DNA of 51,890 bases, from the IMG/VR virus record IMGVR_UViG_3300010413_000050, positions 1 to 51,890 of that record, one strand, 5' to 3'. Source of the stretch: a virus (Duplodnaviria; Caudoviricetes). The notes beneath the pieces are model-generated. The model saw only the letters and a list, made by a program, of their open reading frames with translations, was not told the origin of the DNA and made no database searches. Of this stretch, positions 35,629-44,768 are shown one piece after another. Positions within the stretch are counted from its first letter, which is position 1, and each line of letters begins with the position of its first letter. A program made the position numbers and the translations under genes.

Positions 35629-36140
35629 CGCTCAACCCCCGACAGGTCGACGACCTGCACGCTGAACGAATTCCAGAACTGACCCGTAACCATCAGAGGC
35701 GTGTCGCCGTAGTCCGCTCGAGGTTTACCTGTGCTGGCCTCTCCTTCCCACGTGCTATCCGCGATTCCAGGTTCCAGACCGGCTTTTATTTTTCGAAGAA
35801 TGTCGGAACGATACTTCTCTCCGAGGAGCAGGGTCTCTCCGTCGACCTCCGCCTCACCGCCCAAAATACGCTTGGCGCTCTTGGCCGCGATTCGCTCGTA
35901 CTTCTGAATGTTCTCGTCGAAGGCCGACCGCATCGGCGAGCGCTCCGGTATCTTTCCATCGATCGTTCCGTACTCATGGACCGCCGCATTCGTCGCATTC
36001 GTCCATCCGCCCTCGTAAGTCGCCTCCGCCTCGGCACCCTGGACACCGACCTTCGCAGTTCGTCCCGATCGGGTTCGTAGCAGCGCGCGCTTGATCTTCG
36101 CCCAACCACGATCGATTATTTTAACTCGCCCGCCTGGCAT
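35625..36140 (-). CDS. Neck / virion morphogenesis protein
   Basis: KVGV..AAVHEYGT..IPERSPMR..PLMVTGQF. Confidence 0.8.
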   Translation of the reverse strand: MPGGRVKIIDRGWAKIKRALLRTRSGRTAKVGVQGAEAEATYEGGWTNATNAAVHEYGTIDGKIPERSPMRSAFDENIQKYERIAAKSAKRILGGEAEVDGETLLLGEKYRSDILRKIKAGLEPGIADSTWEGEASTGKPRADYGDTPLMVTGQFWNSFSVQVVDLSGVER

Positions 36141-36321
36141 CTCGAATCGCCTGCTCCTTCTTGACTTGTTCTTTCGCGGCCTCCCGCAACACCTGCCCAA
36201 ACTCCTCCTCGGTCGCCTCGCCCCGCACCGCCTTCTTGACTATCTCGATGCCGAGCGTTGCTTTGACCTCCGCGCAGTTCGTGACGAGCAACGTCTCTAT
36301 CCATTCCGGCAGATGAATCAT
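36121..36321 (-). CDS. Small hypothetical protein
   Basis: GAGGGAG RBS; fills the gap after the head-fibre gene. Confidence 0.5.
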   Translation of the reverse strand: MIHLPEWIETLLVTNCAEVKATLGIEIVKKAVRGEATEEEFGQVLREAAKEQVKKEQAIRDARRAS

Positions 36322-36324
36322 GCT

Positions 36325-38061
36325 TTACTCCCTCGTCACGTAGGAACCGGCGGTGTCGTTCCAAGATACTCCCGCTCCAGGCCACGTCGCGTGAGTCGTT
36401 CCGCCAAACGGGAACTTGATTGCACCTGCCGGCGCAAGAATGTCGGTGTTGCCGTCCTTCAGAATGAAGTGGCCGTCTCGGCCGACCTCCAACGAGTAGT
36501 TGCCCGCGCCGAGACCAGAGGCGTTACCCTTCAATGAGTAAGAATAAATAGTCGCCGGACCCTCGACCTTCATCGCAGGTGTGTTAGCCGCCTGCGCGCC
36601 CCGCTCTACCCAGGCATAGTACAAAATCATGTACCCGTCTTCAGTGTTCAGGCCACCGCCGTTGTAGCCCTGCTGTTCGACGTAGAGAGTGTCGAGGTAG
36701 GCGTAGTCGGCTCGAGCCACAATGCATTCTCCGCACATACAGTGCGTGATGTCCGTCGCCTTTCCCAGCGTGAATATCTGATCCCTTGTGGTGATGAGCT
36801 TCAGGTTCGAATCCCACGATTGGACCGACCGATTTCCGAGCGTGTCGGTCTCGACATAGGTCGCTAGGCTGTAGGAACCTTCGAGCCCGGATTGATCCAA
36901 AAGACCGGTCGGCCCCGCTAAATTCCAATAGGATGTGGATATCTCCACGGTGCCGGAGCCGAACGCGGTGTCGACGAAGGAACAGAACGGCGTACGAATG
37001 TCGATGTTCTCCAACACATACGCACTTCGACTGGCGTACGAACTCGTGAACTTGATTCCCGCGATTACAAATTGTGCACCGTATCCTAGACCAAGTCCGA
37101 GAAACGGCTTGGACGACCATTCACCACGGATGTGCATCCGCTTGTTCGTCGAGATCGTTACTGCCTGCTCGACAATCGAGAACGTGTTCCCGACCTGCCA
37201 CGGCGAGCCACCGTCGATGCCTACCCGAATCTCGTCCGTGTCGTTGTAGAAAATGGCAGACATCTCGTTCGCTCTCGGCCCGTTGGCGAACAGCGCGAAC
37301 TTTCCTCGATAGGCGTCGGGCGTCCAGCCCGGCGAGCCGCTCGCCTGAATGTCGTTACCAAAATACATCCACGACCACGCCTGCTGAGTCAGCGGCGTCA
37401 CTGCCGCGATCGTGTGCGGACCCGACAGAGTCGTCGGCGTGAGACCGCTTGCGTCGACCACGATTGTTCCACCGTCAAACCGATGAGCGATGAGGTCCGG
37501 CCAATCGGTATAGGTGCCCGCAGTCGGTCGAATCGTGACGACGTGCTTCACCACATAGGGAACCACGCTAAACGCCTTTGTGAACGTCGCGAACGGTGCC
37601 GACGCCGAACCGTCTCCGGTCGTGTCGCTCCCGCTCGTGCCGTCGACATAGATGTCCATATCCGCAAATGTCTCGCTCATCGAGACCGGCGAGATACCGA
37701 AGCCCTGCGGCTTCAGCTTCACCGGCACTCGCCCTCCGACGGTGCCGCTCTCAATCGCGCGCCCGACTACGAAAGCCGAACCGTCGGCCGGAACCGCGCG
37801 CCCGCTCGAATCGGTCATCACGAGTTCGCCCGCGGAGACGGTGTCGCCGAGCTCGACCTTCGTACTTCCCGAGACGCTCACGACGGCCGGCTGCCCCGTG
37901 TTCGCTTTGTTCTCCAAGACACCGTCGACTACCTCGCCCGCGACGGTACATTTCGAGACCGCGTTCTCCGCCGTAACCTTGACAAATCGAAATTGATGCG
38001 CGGTGAGGTCTTCGGCCGCTACCGCTCCGGGGAGGTTTCTCAAAATGCCTTGATAAGACAT
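36325..38061 (-). CDS. Capsid decoration domain fused to a beta-helix-like fibre (head fibre)
   Basis: First about 118 aa are paralogous to 39856-40239; then IYVDGTSGSDTTGDGSASAPFAT, typical of beta-helix proteins. Confidence 0.75.
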   Translation of the reverse strand: MSYQGILRNLPGAVAAEDLTAHQFRFVKVTAENAVSKCTVAGEVVDGVLENKANTGQPAVVSVSGSTKVELGDTVSAGELVMTDSSGRAVPADGSAFVVGRAIESGTVGGRVPVKLKPQGFGISPVSMSETFADMDIYVDGTSGSDTTGDGSASAPFATFTKAFSVVPYVVKHVVTIRPTAGTYTDWPDLIAHRFDGGTIVVDASGLTPTTLSGPHTIAAVTPLTQQAWSWMYFGNDIQASGSPGWTPDAYRGKFALFANGPRANEMSAIFYNDTDEIRVGIDGGSPWQVGNTFSIVEQAVTISTNKRMHIRGEWSSKPFLGLGLGYGAQFVIAGIKFTSSYASRSAYVLENIDIRTPFCSFVDTAFGSGTVEISTSYWNLAGPTGLLDQSGLEGSYSLATYVETDTLGNRSVQSWDSNLKLITTRDQIFTLGKATDITHCMCGECIVARADYAYLDTLYVEQQGYNGGGLNTEDGYMILYYAWVERGAQAANTPAMKVEGPATIYSYSLKGNASGLGAGNYSLEVGRDGHFILKDGNTDILAPAGAIKFPFGGTTHATWPGAGVSWNDTAGSYVTRE

Positions 38062-38073
38062 CGCGCTCTCCTG

Positions 38074-38547
38074 CTACCAAATCCAGTTCGGGTCGTCGGC
38101 GTCGCTCTCGTTCGTCACTCCGTCGGACGGGCCGCCCGGGATGTCGTTCATCGCCCGGCTGAAAGCCGGCTGCACGGCATCGGCGTCCTCGGAAAGCGTC
38201 TGCTTCTCCGAGATGCTCAGACCTCCGAACTTCGGAAGCACAATCGCCGTGCCCTTCGTGATGCCGTTCGGGTCGAGGTCTTTGGCTCGCGCCGCGTACT
38301 CCTTCGAGACGGCCGCCGCGTTCGATGTTTGCACGTCTCCGACGCGCACGCTCACCGCGCAAGATGCGTACTTCGCAGCTAACGCCCGGCAAACGAGCGC
38401 GGCCGCATACTTCACCTTCGGATACTCAGTCAACGCCCATGCGATTTCCTCGTCGGAGGTCTGCTGATCGTTCGTATCAGTATCCCCGACGAGGTATCGC
38501 ACGGCGTCTTTGTCACTGGCCGAAGGGTCTGTGTAAGACCACGTCAC
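38074..38547 (-). CDS. Head-tail adaptor
   Basis: MTWSY..DAVRYLVGDTD..SDEEI..AAA..LAAKY. Confidence 0.8.
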   Translation of the reverse strand: MTWSYTDPSASDKDAVRYLVGDTDTNDQQTSDEEIAWALTEYPKVKYAAALVCRALAAKYASCAVSVRVGDVQTSNAAAVSKEYAARAKDLDPNGITKGTAIVLPKFGGLSISEKQTLSEDADAVQPAFSRAMNDIPGGPSDGVTNESDADDPNWIW

Positions 38548-38877
38548 CTACTTCGGCTTCTTCCTCTTCGGCGCCTTGCGCTTCGGCGCTTGGCGTTTCT
38601 TCTTTTCCTTCGGCCCCTCGGCGGGAGATTCCTCGACCGGCTCCTCGGGTTTCGTCTCGACGGGCTCCGGAAGCGGAGCGGGCTCGACGACGGGCTTGGC
38701 CACGGCGCGGATATTCTCCACTACGGGCTTTGGCTCGTCGTCGACCCACTTCACGTATTTCTCGGAGTCGCGCCAGATCGGAGACCACTCGGCCGCCTCG
38801 GGCACGGGGTCGCCGGCGTTCACGTAAATGTGAACGCTACCCCGCCGAATGAGCTGCCGGCGTGTCGCTACCCACAT
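38548..38877 (-). CDS. Small post-capsid protein with Pro/Glu and Lys-rich tail
   Basis: ATG 3 nt after the capsid stop; MWVATRRQL; low-complexity C-terminus. Confidence 0.7.
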   Translation of the reverse strand: MWVATRRQLIRRGSVHIYVNAGDPVPEAAEWSPIWRDSEKYVKWVDDEPKPVVENIRAVAKPVVEPAPLPEPVETKPEEPVEESPAEGPKEKKKRQAPKRKAPKRKKPK

Positions 38878-38879
38878 GA

Positions 38880-39842
38880 CTAGGACATCACGTTGTTGAA
38901 GAACACGCCGAGGTCGGACGCCACGAGCTTCATGTCGTAGGCGATCGAACCCTCGATCCTGTCCGACTCGTTCTCCTCCATCCGGAACCGCTTGATCCGG
39001 GTGCCCTCGGCCGTCCCGCCGAGGTAGCCGTTCCACGAGAAACAGTACCCGGCGCTCGGTGCCATCAGGCTCGGGCGAGGAGCGGCGTAGTACAGCGCCA
39101 CGTCCTTCGAGTAGATCCAGGACATGACCGCCGTCGCTCCCTCGTTCGCCGTGTCCTCGACCGCCGAGGCCACGACCACGCGGTCGAGCTCGAGAGCGCT
39201 CGCCAACAGGTCGAGCGTGACGATGCCCTTCTGCGTGTACTTGATCCGATCGAGCAGCTCCGTGTGGTCCTGCAGAACGCTCCACACGTCGCGGGAGAGC
39301 GCGAGCACGTTCGGCCGATACCCGGTCTTCTTGTGCATCGCGTCCATCTCGGCCCGAATGTCGGCGAACGGCGTCGAACTCGCCGCGTCCCACAACGGGG
39401 ACACGGTGATGTCGGAGCCCGTCGAGCTGCCGGTCCAGATGCCGGTGGTGAAGAAGTTCGCGGCCCAGTCCTTCTCGCGCTTCAGCGCGAGCCCACGGGT
39501 CACGAACTCCGTCGCCTCGGAATCGAGGTTCAAGGGCGCATCGGCATTGCTGCGGATCTGGTCGTCCACGTCCTTGTGCAGCGCTTGCACCTTGGCAAAG
39601 TACGAGTCCGTGGAGATCTCGTATCCGCTTCCGGCCGACTCCGTGCCGGGCGCGCGATACTGCGCGTCGGTCCGGAACCACTGCTGCTTCGGGTACGTGA
39701 AGTATTGATCGCTCTGCTTCTGGACGGGGATGTTCGGAAACACCTTCGTCGCGATGAAGTCCTCCTGCCGCTGCAGGTAGGCGATCGAGATGTTGGTCAA
39801 CGGTCTGTTGACATGGACGTCACTTGCTGTCGGCTGTGGCAT
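38880..39842 (-). CDS. Major capsid protein
   Basis: HVNRPLTNISIAY..FIATKVFP.IPVQKQSD..; 320 aa; position; GGAGGTG RBS. Confidence 0.92.
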   Translation of the reverse strand: MPQPTASDVHVNRPLTNISIAYLQRQEDFIATKVFPNIPVQKQSDQYFTYPKQQWFRTDAQYRAPGTESAGSGYEISTDSYFAKVQALHKDVDDQIRSNADAPLNLDSEATEFVTRGLALKREKDWAANFFTTGIWTGSSTGSDITVSPLWDAASSTPFADIRAEMDAMHKKTGYRPNVLALSRDVWSVLQDHTELLDRIKYTQKGIVTLDLLASALELDRVVVASAVEDTANEGATAVMSWIYSKDVALYYAAPRPSLMAPSAGYCFSWNGYLGGTAEGTRIKRFRMEENESDRIEGSIAYDMKLVASDLGVFFNNVMS

Positions 39843-39855
39843 ATCTCACCTCCTC

Positions 39856-40239
39856 CTAGGTGTTCAGATAGCCGGTCGGCGCGAGTAACATCGTGCCGAT
39901 CTCGCCATCCGCCCCGCCGGACAGAGCTTGTCCGCGAGCGAAGTTTCCGGGTGAAGCGGCTGCCACGGCGACGTCCGCCTTGCCGGCGGTCGTGCTCATG
40001 AGCAGGTCGTCGGGCGTGATGGTCGCGCCGAACTGGATCTTCGTCACGCCTTCGTACGCCACCTCAGCGATCTGCCCCGCCTCGGGTTTGTTCTGGAGAA
40101 CGCCGACGACGTTGCCGCCAGCGGTCGTGTTCGCTGCCGCCTTGCCGTTGCTGTCCACGACGATGAACGTGAACTGCTTCGCAGAGAGGTCCGCAGCGGC
40201 GACGAGCGAGATGCATTTCAAGTCATGTTCGAATGCCAT
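39856..40239 (-). CDS. Capsid cement/decoration protein (DUF2190-like)
   Basis: AAADLSAKQFTFI..GVLQNKP..G.TK; directly upstream of the capsid gene. Confidence 0.85.
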   Translation of the reverse strand: MAFEHDLKCISLVAAADLSAKQFTFIVVDSNGKAAANTTAGGNVVGVLQNKPEAGQIAEVAYEGVTKIQFGATITPDDLLMSTTAGKADVAVAAASPGNFARGQALSGGADGEIGTMLLAPTGYLNT

Positions 40240-40248
40240 GTCTCCCTC

Positions 40249-41172
40249 CTATCCCTGCGCCGGGTGCTCGGCGAGGTACTGGTTGTACAGCTCCTTGCCG
40301 CGCGGTGACCCGAGGACCTTCGCGATGGCCTGCTCCTCGGTGAAGTTGATGTCGGTAGACTTCTCGACGAGACCCTTCGCGAGCTTCTCGATCTGACCCC
40401 AGGAGCTCGACTCGGCGCTCTCGCCGAACTTCGCGCCCGCCTCGGCGAAGACCGCCGATTTCTGCAGCGCCTCGGAGGTCGCCTTCATCTGCGCCCACTG
40501 CTTCTCGGCGAGCTTCGCGTCGACCTTCTCCAGCTTGAGGATGAGGTCAGCCTGCTCCTCGGCACTTTGGCCGGGGCAGTAGGAGAGTTCGTCCTTCGCC
40601 TTCGCCACGAGCTCTTGCCGCCTGCGCTCCTCGCGCTCGGTGTCGAGGCTCTTGCGGATCTCCTCGTTCTGCTTCGTGAGCGCGGAGATCTGCTCCTCGT
40701 GCGCCTTGCGGATATCGGCGAGCTGCTTCTCGACTTCGGTCGCCTCGGGCTTCTCCTCGCCCTCCGCCTTCTTGGCCTGCGCCTTCTCCTTCGGCATCGG
40801 GTAGCCCTCCTCCTCCTTCGGTTTCTCTTCGGCCTTCGCCTTCGGTGCGGGGTAGCCCACCAGACCGGCGAGCTTGTCCATCACGTCCTTCGGCAAGACG
40901 TCCTTGTGCGAAGCGAGCAAACGAAGCGCGCCCTTGACCGCCGCGACGGCCTTGTCGTCGAGCTTCGCTTTCGCGATCCACTCGTCGAGCTGCGCCTCTT
41001 CGTCGAGCTCCATCTCCAGGACGGCCTTCAAGACCTCTTCGTAATCCTGCATGATTTGCTCCTTTTCACGTTTGAAAACCGGGAACCGCTTCTTCTTGTT
41101 GGCGCCCCGGTCGACTAAGCTCACCTCGTCGGCGAGCAGATCGGACAGTTCTGTCAACGGCTTGTCGGTCAT
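40249..41172 (-). CDS. Capsid scaffolding protein
   Basis: N-terminal EVSLVDRGAN motif; charged coiled coil; between protease and capsid genes. Confidence 0.8.
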   Translation of the reverse strand: MTDKPLTELSDLLADEVSLVDRGANKKKRFPVFKREKEQIMQDYEEVLKAVLEMELDEEAQLDEWIAKAKLDDKAVAAVKGALRLLASHKDVLPKDVMDKLAGLVGYPAPKAKAEEKPKEEEGYPMPKEKAQAKKAEGEEKPEATEVEKQLADIRKAHEEQISALTKQNEEIRKSLDTEREERRRQELVAKAKDELSYCPGQSAEEQADLILKLEKVDAKLAEKQWAQMKATSEALQKSAVFAEAGAKFGESAESSSWGQIEKLAKGLVEKSTDINFTEEQAIAKVLGSPRGKELYNQYLAEHPAQG

Positions 41173-44100
41173 GTGGTCGGCCTTTCTATGAGATCAATGA
41201 ACGTGACTGAAGGCATCTCCTTTCGAGACATCGGACGTCGAAGACCGAGCCCGCCAGGAGAAAAGCAATTGAGCTTTCCTGCTTTGAATTGCTTCCAAAG
41301 ATCTTCGTCCAACTTCACTCCCATCGGCCAACTGCCAGAATGAATGATGTCGTCACCAAACTTCCGGCGATACACGCGGTGTGGTTCACCGCGCATAGCC
41401 TTGCGGTAGTCTTCGTGCGAGGGGTAAGGCTCTACCCAACTCTCGACCACCGTTGCGTTGGCTTTCTTCTGATGCTGGAGACCTACGACGCGAGACCGTT
41501 CAAGGTATCGGTGCGCGGTCTTCTCAATCTCTTTCGGTGGGTTCCAATCGTCGTGGGCGTCTTCTTCGGGGCCGTTCGTCCCGTATGGGTCGAGGACAAC
41601 TCCGTAAACGATGCGTTTGACTTCGTCCGCCTTGGCGATGGACACCGACTTCGAGACGACCTTGCCGCTCCGCACATCGATGATCTGCGGGCGGTCTCCA
41701 GGCTTCGACCAATAAAGCCAGCGTTGCCGTTTTCTCTTCAGCTCGCTTATGACATCAGCGAGGTCGCGGCTCTCGGCCCACGGCGTCTGGTCTTCCGGCT
41801 TATCAATCAGCCACCGACGCCGCCCGCCGATAGGGGCGAACAGGATTAAGTATCTACCCTTCAAGTGTTTGCCGTCAAGAAAAATTTCTACCGCGTGCTG
41901 CCGCGCCATGCCCATCTCGTACTTGCCGCCGTCCAGCTTGAAGAACTTCGAAGACTTCTCCGCGGTCGCGCCGACCTCCCCCGGGCCAGTGACCAACGGC
42001 TTCCGCGCGCCGGCGTCGAGCCACTCTCTCGGCTGCGCGAGCTTCGGCGATAGCTCGATGTTGTCGCCCTTCTTCCAGCCGATCAGCTTGTCGCCCATCT
42101 CCCGGCCGCGGTTGTCCTCAGTCTTCCCGAGAAACACCGTGAAGCCCCATAGCTCGTCGCCGTTCCCGCTCAACCGCAGGTCGCCGTGTAGCGAGTGGTC
42201 GGTCTTGAGAAGCGCCTCCTCGCCGAGCTTCGTCTCCTCCTCGTCGAGCCCGCGCCAGTGATGTTGATAGGTGAACTCGCCCCTTCCCGTCTTCGGCAAG
42301 GCATCGTTCCAGTTCTTGTCCCAATGCCCGAACGCCGCCGCGGCGCGCGTGCCGCCCTCGGCCATCGGCCGGAGCAACGGCTTCGGCAACTGCTTCGCGA
42401 CCGCCGACTTCCGCAGGCGCTCGCGAATGCGCTGCAACTTCCGCTTCACCTCGCCCGAGTCACCGAACCGCCGGACAGCCGACGGGTGCGGCAGGACGAA
42501 GTCGGCGTTCCGATAGTTGGACACCGCCGCCTCGGCCGTCCGCCCGAGCGCCACGATGATCTCGGGCGCTTTACTATCGAGCTGGTCTTTGAGCCAGTCC
42601 CTCCACTCCTTCACCTCGTCGACCGTCGGCTCGCGCGTCCTGCCCTGCTCGTCCTCGAGCAGCGCCGGCACGGCGTTCGTCAGAAGCACCTCGCTCCGCT
42701 TGAGACCAAGCGGCTTGAGGTACACGTCGTTGAAGGTCTCGCCGCCCGGGCCGGTGAACGGCTCTCGCCGCGCGACCTCGATCCGCCCCGGGCTTGCGCC
42801 GACGAACGCTATCCTCGCGCCCTTCGGCCCGACCGTCGGCACCTCGGGCCTCAACGCCTTGATGACGTTCGCAGGCAGGTACTCCTTGACATTGCCCTTC
42901 TCGTCGACCTCCTTGACCCGTAGCACGAGCTCCTGCGCCGCACGCTTCACCACGTCGTCGACGGTGTCGAGCCCGCCCTCGGCATCGCCGAGCACGCGCG
43001 GCACCCAGGCCGTCAGCGCTACGCCCTGCGGCGCGATGATCTTGTTCACGGTCTCGGCCTCGATGCGCACGAGGTCGCCGGGCCGAAGCCGGCGCCCGGT
43101 CGAAAACGTCTCACCGACCGGCACGAGCTTCTCGGGCGTGAACGTCGCCGGCGTGTCCTTCCCCGGCTTCACGGCGTAGTTGTAGGTCCAGACCCCGCCC
43201 TTTGTCCGGTTCGCCTTCGTCACCTGCGCTGTGAACACCACGGCGTTGTGGAACTTGACCCAGTCGTCTCCGGTGACGTGGTCGAGCTTGTACGGCGAGA
43301 GCATCCTCTTCGCAACGATTCCCTCCGACCCCGGGAGCTTGCGGATCTTCTCGACCGCCTGCTCGATCTCCCCCGGCGTCTTCGCGAGCTGCCCCGGTGC
43401 GACGTTGATCCGCCGCTTCAGATCTGGCACGCCCATCGTCCCGGGTCCGACTTTCTTGAGGACCTCAATCCGAGATTGCAGCGGCTTGCCGTGCAGATCG
43501 CCACCCCACCATAAAACGTCGTAGACGTTCGCGACGAGGTCCGAGTCGTCGGCCTCGTCCTTGCTCGCGAGGTATCCGGCCGCCGCCTCCCTCGGGAGAT
43601 GCTTGCCGCGCTCCCAGCGCTCGAGCTCGGCGACGAGCACGGCGTTCCCGACGGGGAGTTTCTTTACCTCGGCGACGAGGCCGGGCAGGCGGTCGGTGTT
43701 GTCGTCGCCGTCCTCGCTCAAGATAGACACGTCGCTCCCGACCTTGTGGATCTGATGGTTCGCGCCGTCGTACTTTTTCTGAACCCAGGCCGGGAGCCAC
43801 TTCTCCTCGCGCTCGGTGTATAGCTTGACGAGCCCCTCGACGGTCTGCGGCTCCTCGGCGAACGCCGGCCGGGTCGGCTTCGGCTGATAGAAGAAGTGCC
43901 CGGGGACTAGCTCGTCGTTCTTCTTCGAGCGCTCCGCCTGCGCGCGTAGCTCCGCAGTCGCCGCCCGCGCCTGCTTTATCACCCGCTCGCGCTCCTCGTA
44001 CTCGGGAGGCGTACACTCGATCTTCTCGACGTGCGGCTCGCGCCTCCGCACCACCAAGTCAAACATCGGAATGTAGTCGGTGAAACTACCCTGCGGCGCG

Positions 44101-44768
44101 TCGATCAACTGCACCTGCGGCCCGCGCTTGTTCGGACTCAAGAACCGCCGCAACGCCACGCCCAACGACCGCCCGTCGATCCCGTAAGTCCCCGTCTCCG
44201 TGTCGTAGCTCGACCGGACCACAACGTCCACGTCGCCCGGCTTCTCGGCAACCGCCGCGCTCCCCGCGATGCTCACCCAGTCCCGACACAACAAGATCTC
44301 CTCGGGTATCTTCTCCAGCCGCTCGCCGATGAACTTCGGTAGCTCGCCCTTCTTCCCGCGCACGCTGTCCCGCCGCGCCTTCTTCAGCGACTCCAACTCC
44401 TCGACCGCGCGGACCAAGTCCGTTCGCTCGACCTTCCGCCCGCGTCGCTCGCGCTCGGTCTTCACCCACAACGCCGCGTTCACGAATTCCTCGACCGCCT
44501 GCCGTCGTCGCCTCGCGTTCGCGTACCACTGCTGAAGCCTCAACCAGATCGCGTCGAGCTCCTTGTCGTCGACCTCGCGCAACCTCGCGGGCTTGATCTC
44601 GGTAAGCGCCAGCTTCTCGAAAATACCCGGCTCGTCGACCCTCGCCTTCGCGCGCCCTCCCGCACTCGCCCTCGCGCTCTGCACAAGCATCGCATACGCC
44701 CATCCGGGTAAATGCTCCTTCGCCTGCTTCAGCGCCTCTTCGAGATACTCGCGTGTGTGTGCCATCAC
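41169..44768 (-). CDS. Polyprotein: nucleotidyltransferase-like + ATP-dependent ligase + UDG-family + LigD-type 3'-phosphoesterase + XkdF-type prohead protease
   Basis: IAGS..DVDVVV (aa 167-184); KYDG, YDVL, EGIVAK, WVK (aa 332-505); FVGASPG, PFTGPGG, TNAV, IVALG, HPS (aa 655-763); YQHH..HGDLRL..LKGRY..WL (aa 834-987); RIVYGVVL, DAHDD, LQH, VVESW, GSW, FSPGG (aa 1052-1173). Confidence 0.85.
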   Translation of the reverse strand: MMAHTREYLEEALKQAKEHLPGWAYAMLVQSARASAGGRAKARVDEPGIFEKLALTEIKPARLREVDDKELDAIWLRLQQWYANARRRRQAVEEFVNAALWVKTERERRGRKVERTDLVRAVEELESLKKARRDSVRGKKGELPKFIGERLEKIPEEILLCRDWVSIAGSAAVAEKPGDVDVVVRSSYDTETGTYGIDGRSLGVALRRFLSPNKRGPQVQLIDAPQGSFTDYIPMFDLVVRRREPHVEKIECTPPEYEERERVIKQARAATAELRAQAERSKKNDELVPGHFFYQPKPTRPAFAEEPQTVEGLVKLYTEREEKWLPAWVQKKYDGANHQIHKVGSDVSILSEDGDDNTDRLPGLVAEVKKLPVGNAVLVAELERWERGKHLPREAAAGYLASKDEADDSDLVANVYDVLWWGGDLHGKPLQSRIEVLKKVGPGTMGVPDLKRRINVAPGQLAKTPGEIEQAVEKIRKLPGSEGIVAKRMLSPYKLDHVTGDDWVKFHNAVVFTAQVTKANRTKGGVWTYNYAVKPGKDTPATFTPEKLVPVGETFSTGRRLRPGDLVRIEAETVNKIIAPQGVALTAWVPRVLGDAEGGLDTVDDVVKRAAQELVLRVKEVDEKGNVKEYLPANVIKALRPEVPTVGPKGARIAFVGASPGRIEVARREPFTGPGGETFNDVYLKPLGLKRSEVLLTNAVPALLEDEQGRTREPTVDEVKEWRDWLKDQLDSKAPEIIVALGRTAEAAVSNYRNADFVLPHPSAVRRFGDSGEVKRKLQRIRERLRKSAVAKQLPKPLLRPMAEGGTRAAAAFGHWDKNWNDALPKTGRGEFTYQHHWRGLDEEETKLGEEALLKTDHSLHGDLRLSGNGDELWGFTVFLGKTEDNRGREMGDKLIGWKKGDNIELSPKLAQPREWLDAGARKPLVTGPGEVGATAEKSSKFFKLDGGKYEMGMARQHAVEIFLDGKHLKGRYLILFAPIGGRRRWLIDKPEDQTPWAESRDLADVISELKRKRQRWLYWSKPGDRPQIIDVRSGKVVSKSVSIAKADEVKRIVYGVVLDPYGTNGPEEDAHDDWNPPKEIEKTAHRYLERSRVVGLQHQKKANATVVESWVEPYPSHEDYRKAMRGEPHRVYRRKFGDDIIHSGSWPMGVKLDEDLWKQFKAGKLNCFSPGGLGLRRPMSRKEMPSVTFIDLIERPTT

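Noticed and set aside
38548-39681. ORF-track N-terminal extensions (e.g. the 377-aa ORF over the capsid gene, 44765-46276, 28500-29615, 352-1281)
   Set aside because: They overlap upstream genes; downstream starts with RBS or stop-start coupling were used instead.
42414-42851. UdgX (covalent uracil-binding UDG)
   Set aside because: Lacks GEQPG, the KRRIH loop and the Fe-S cysteines.
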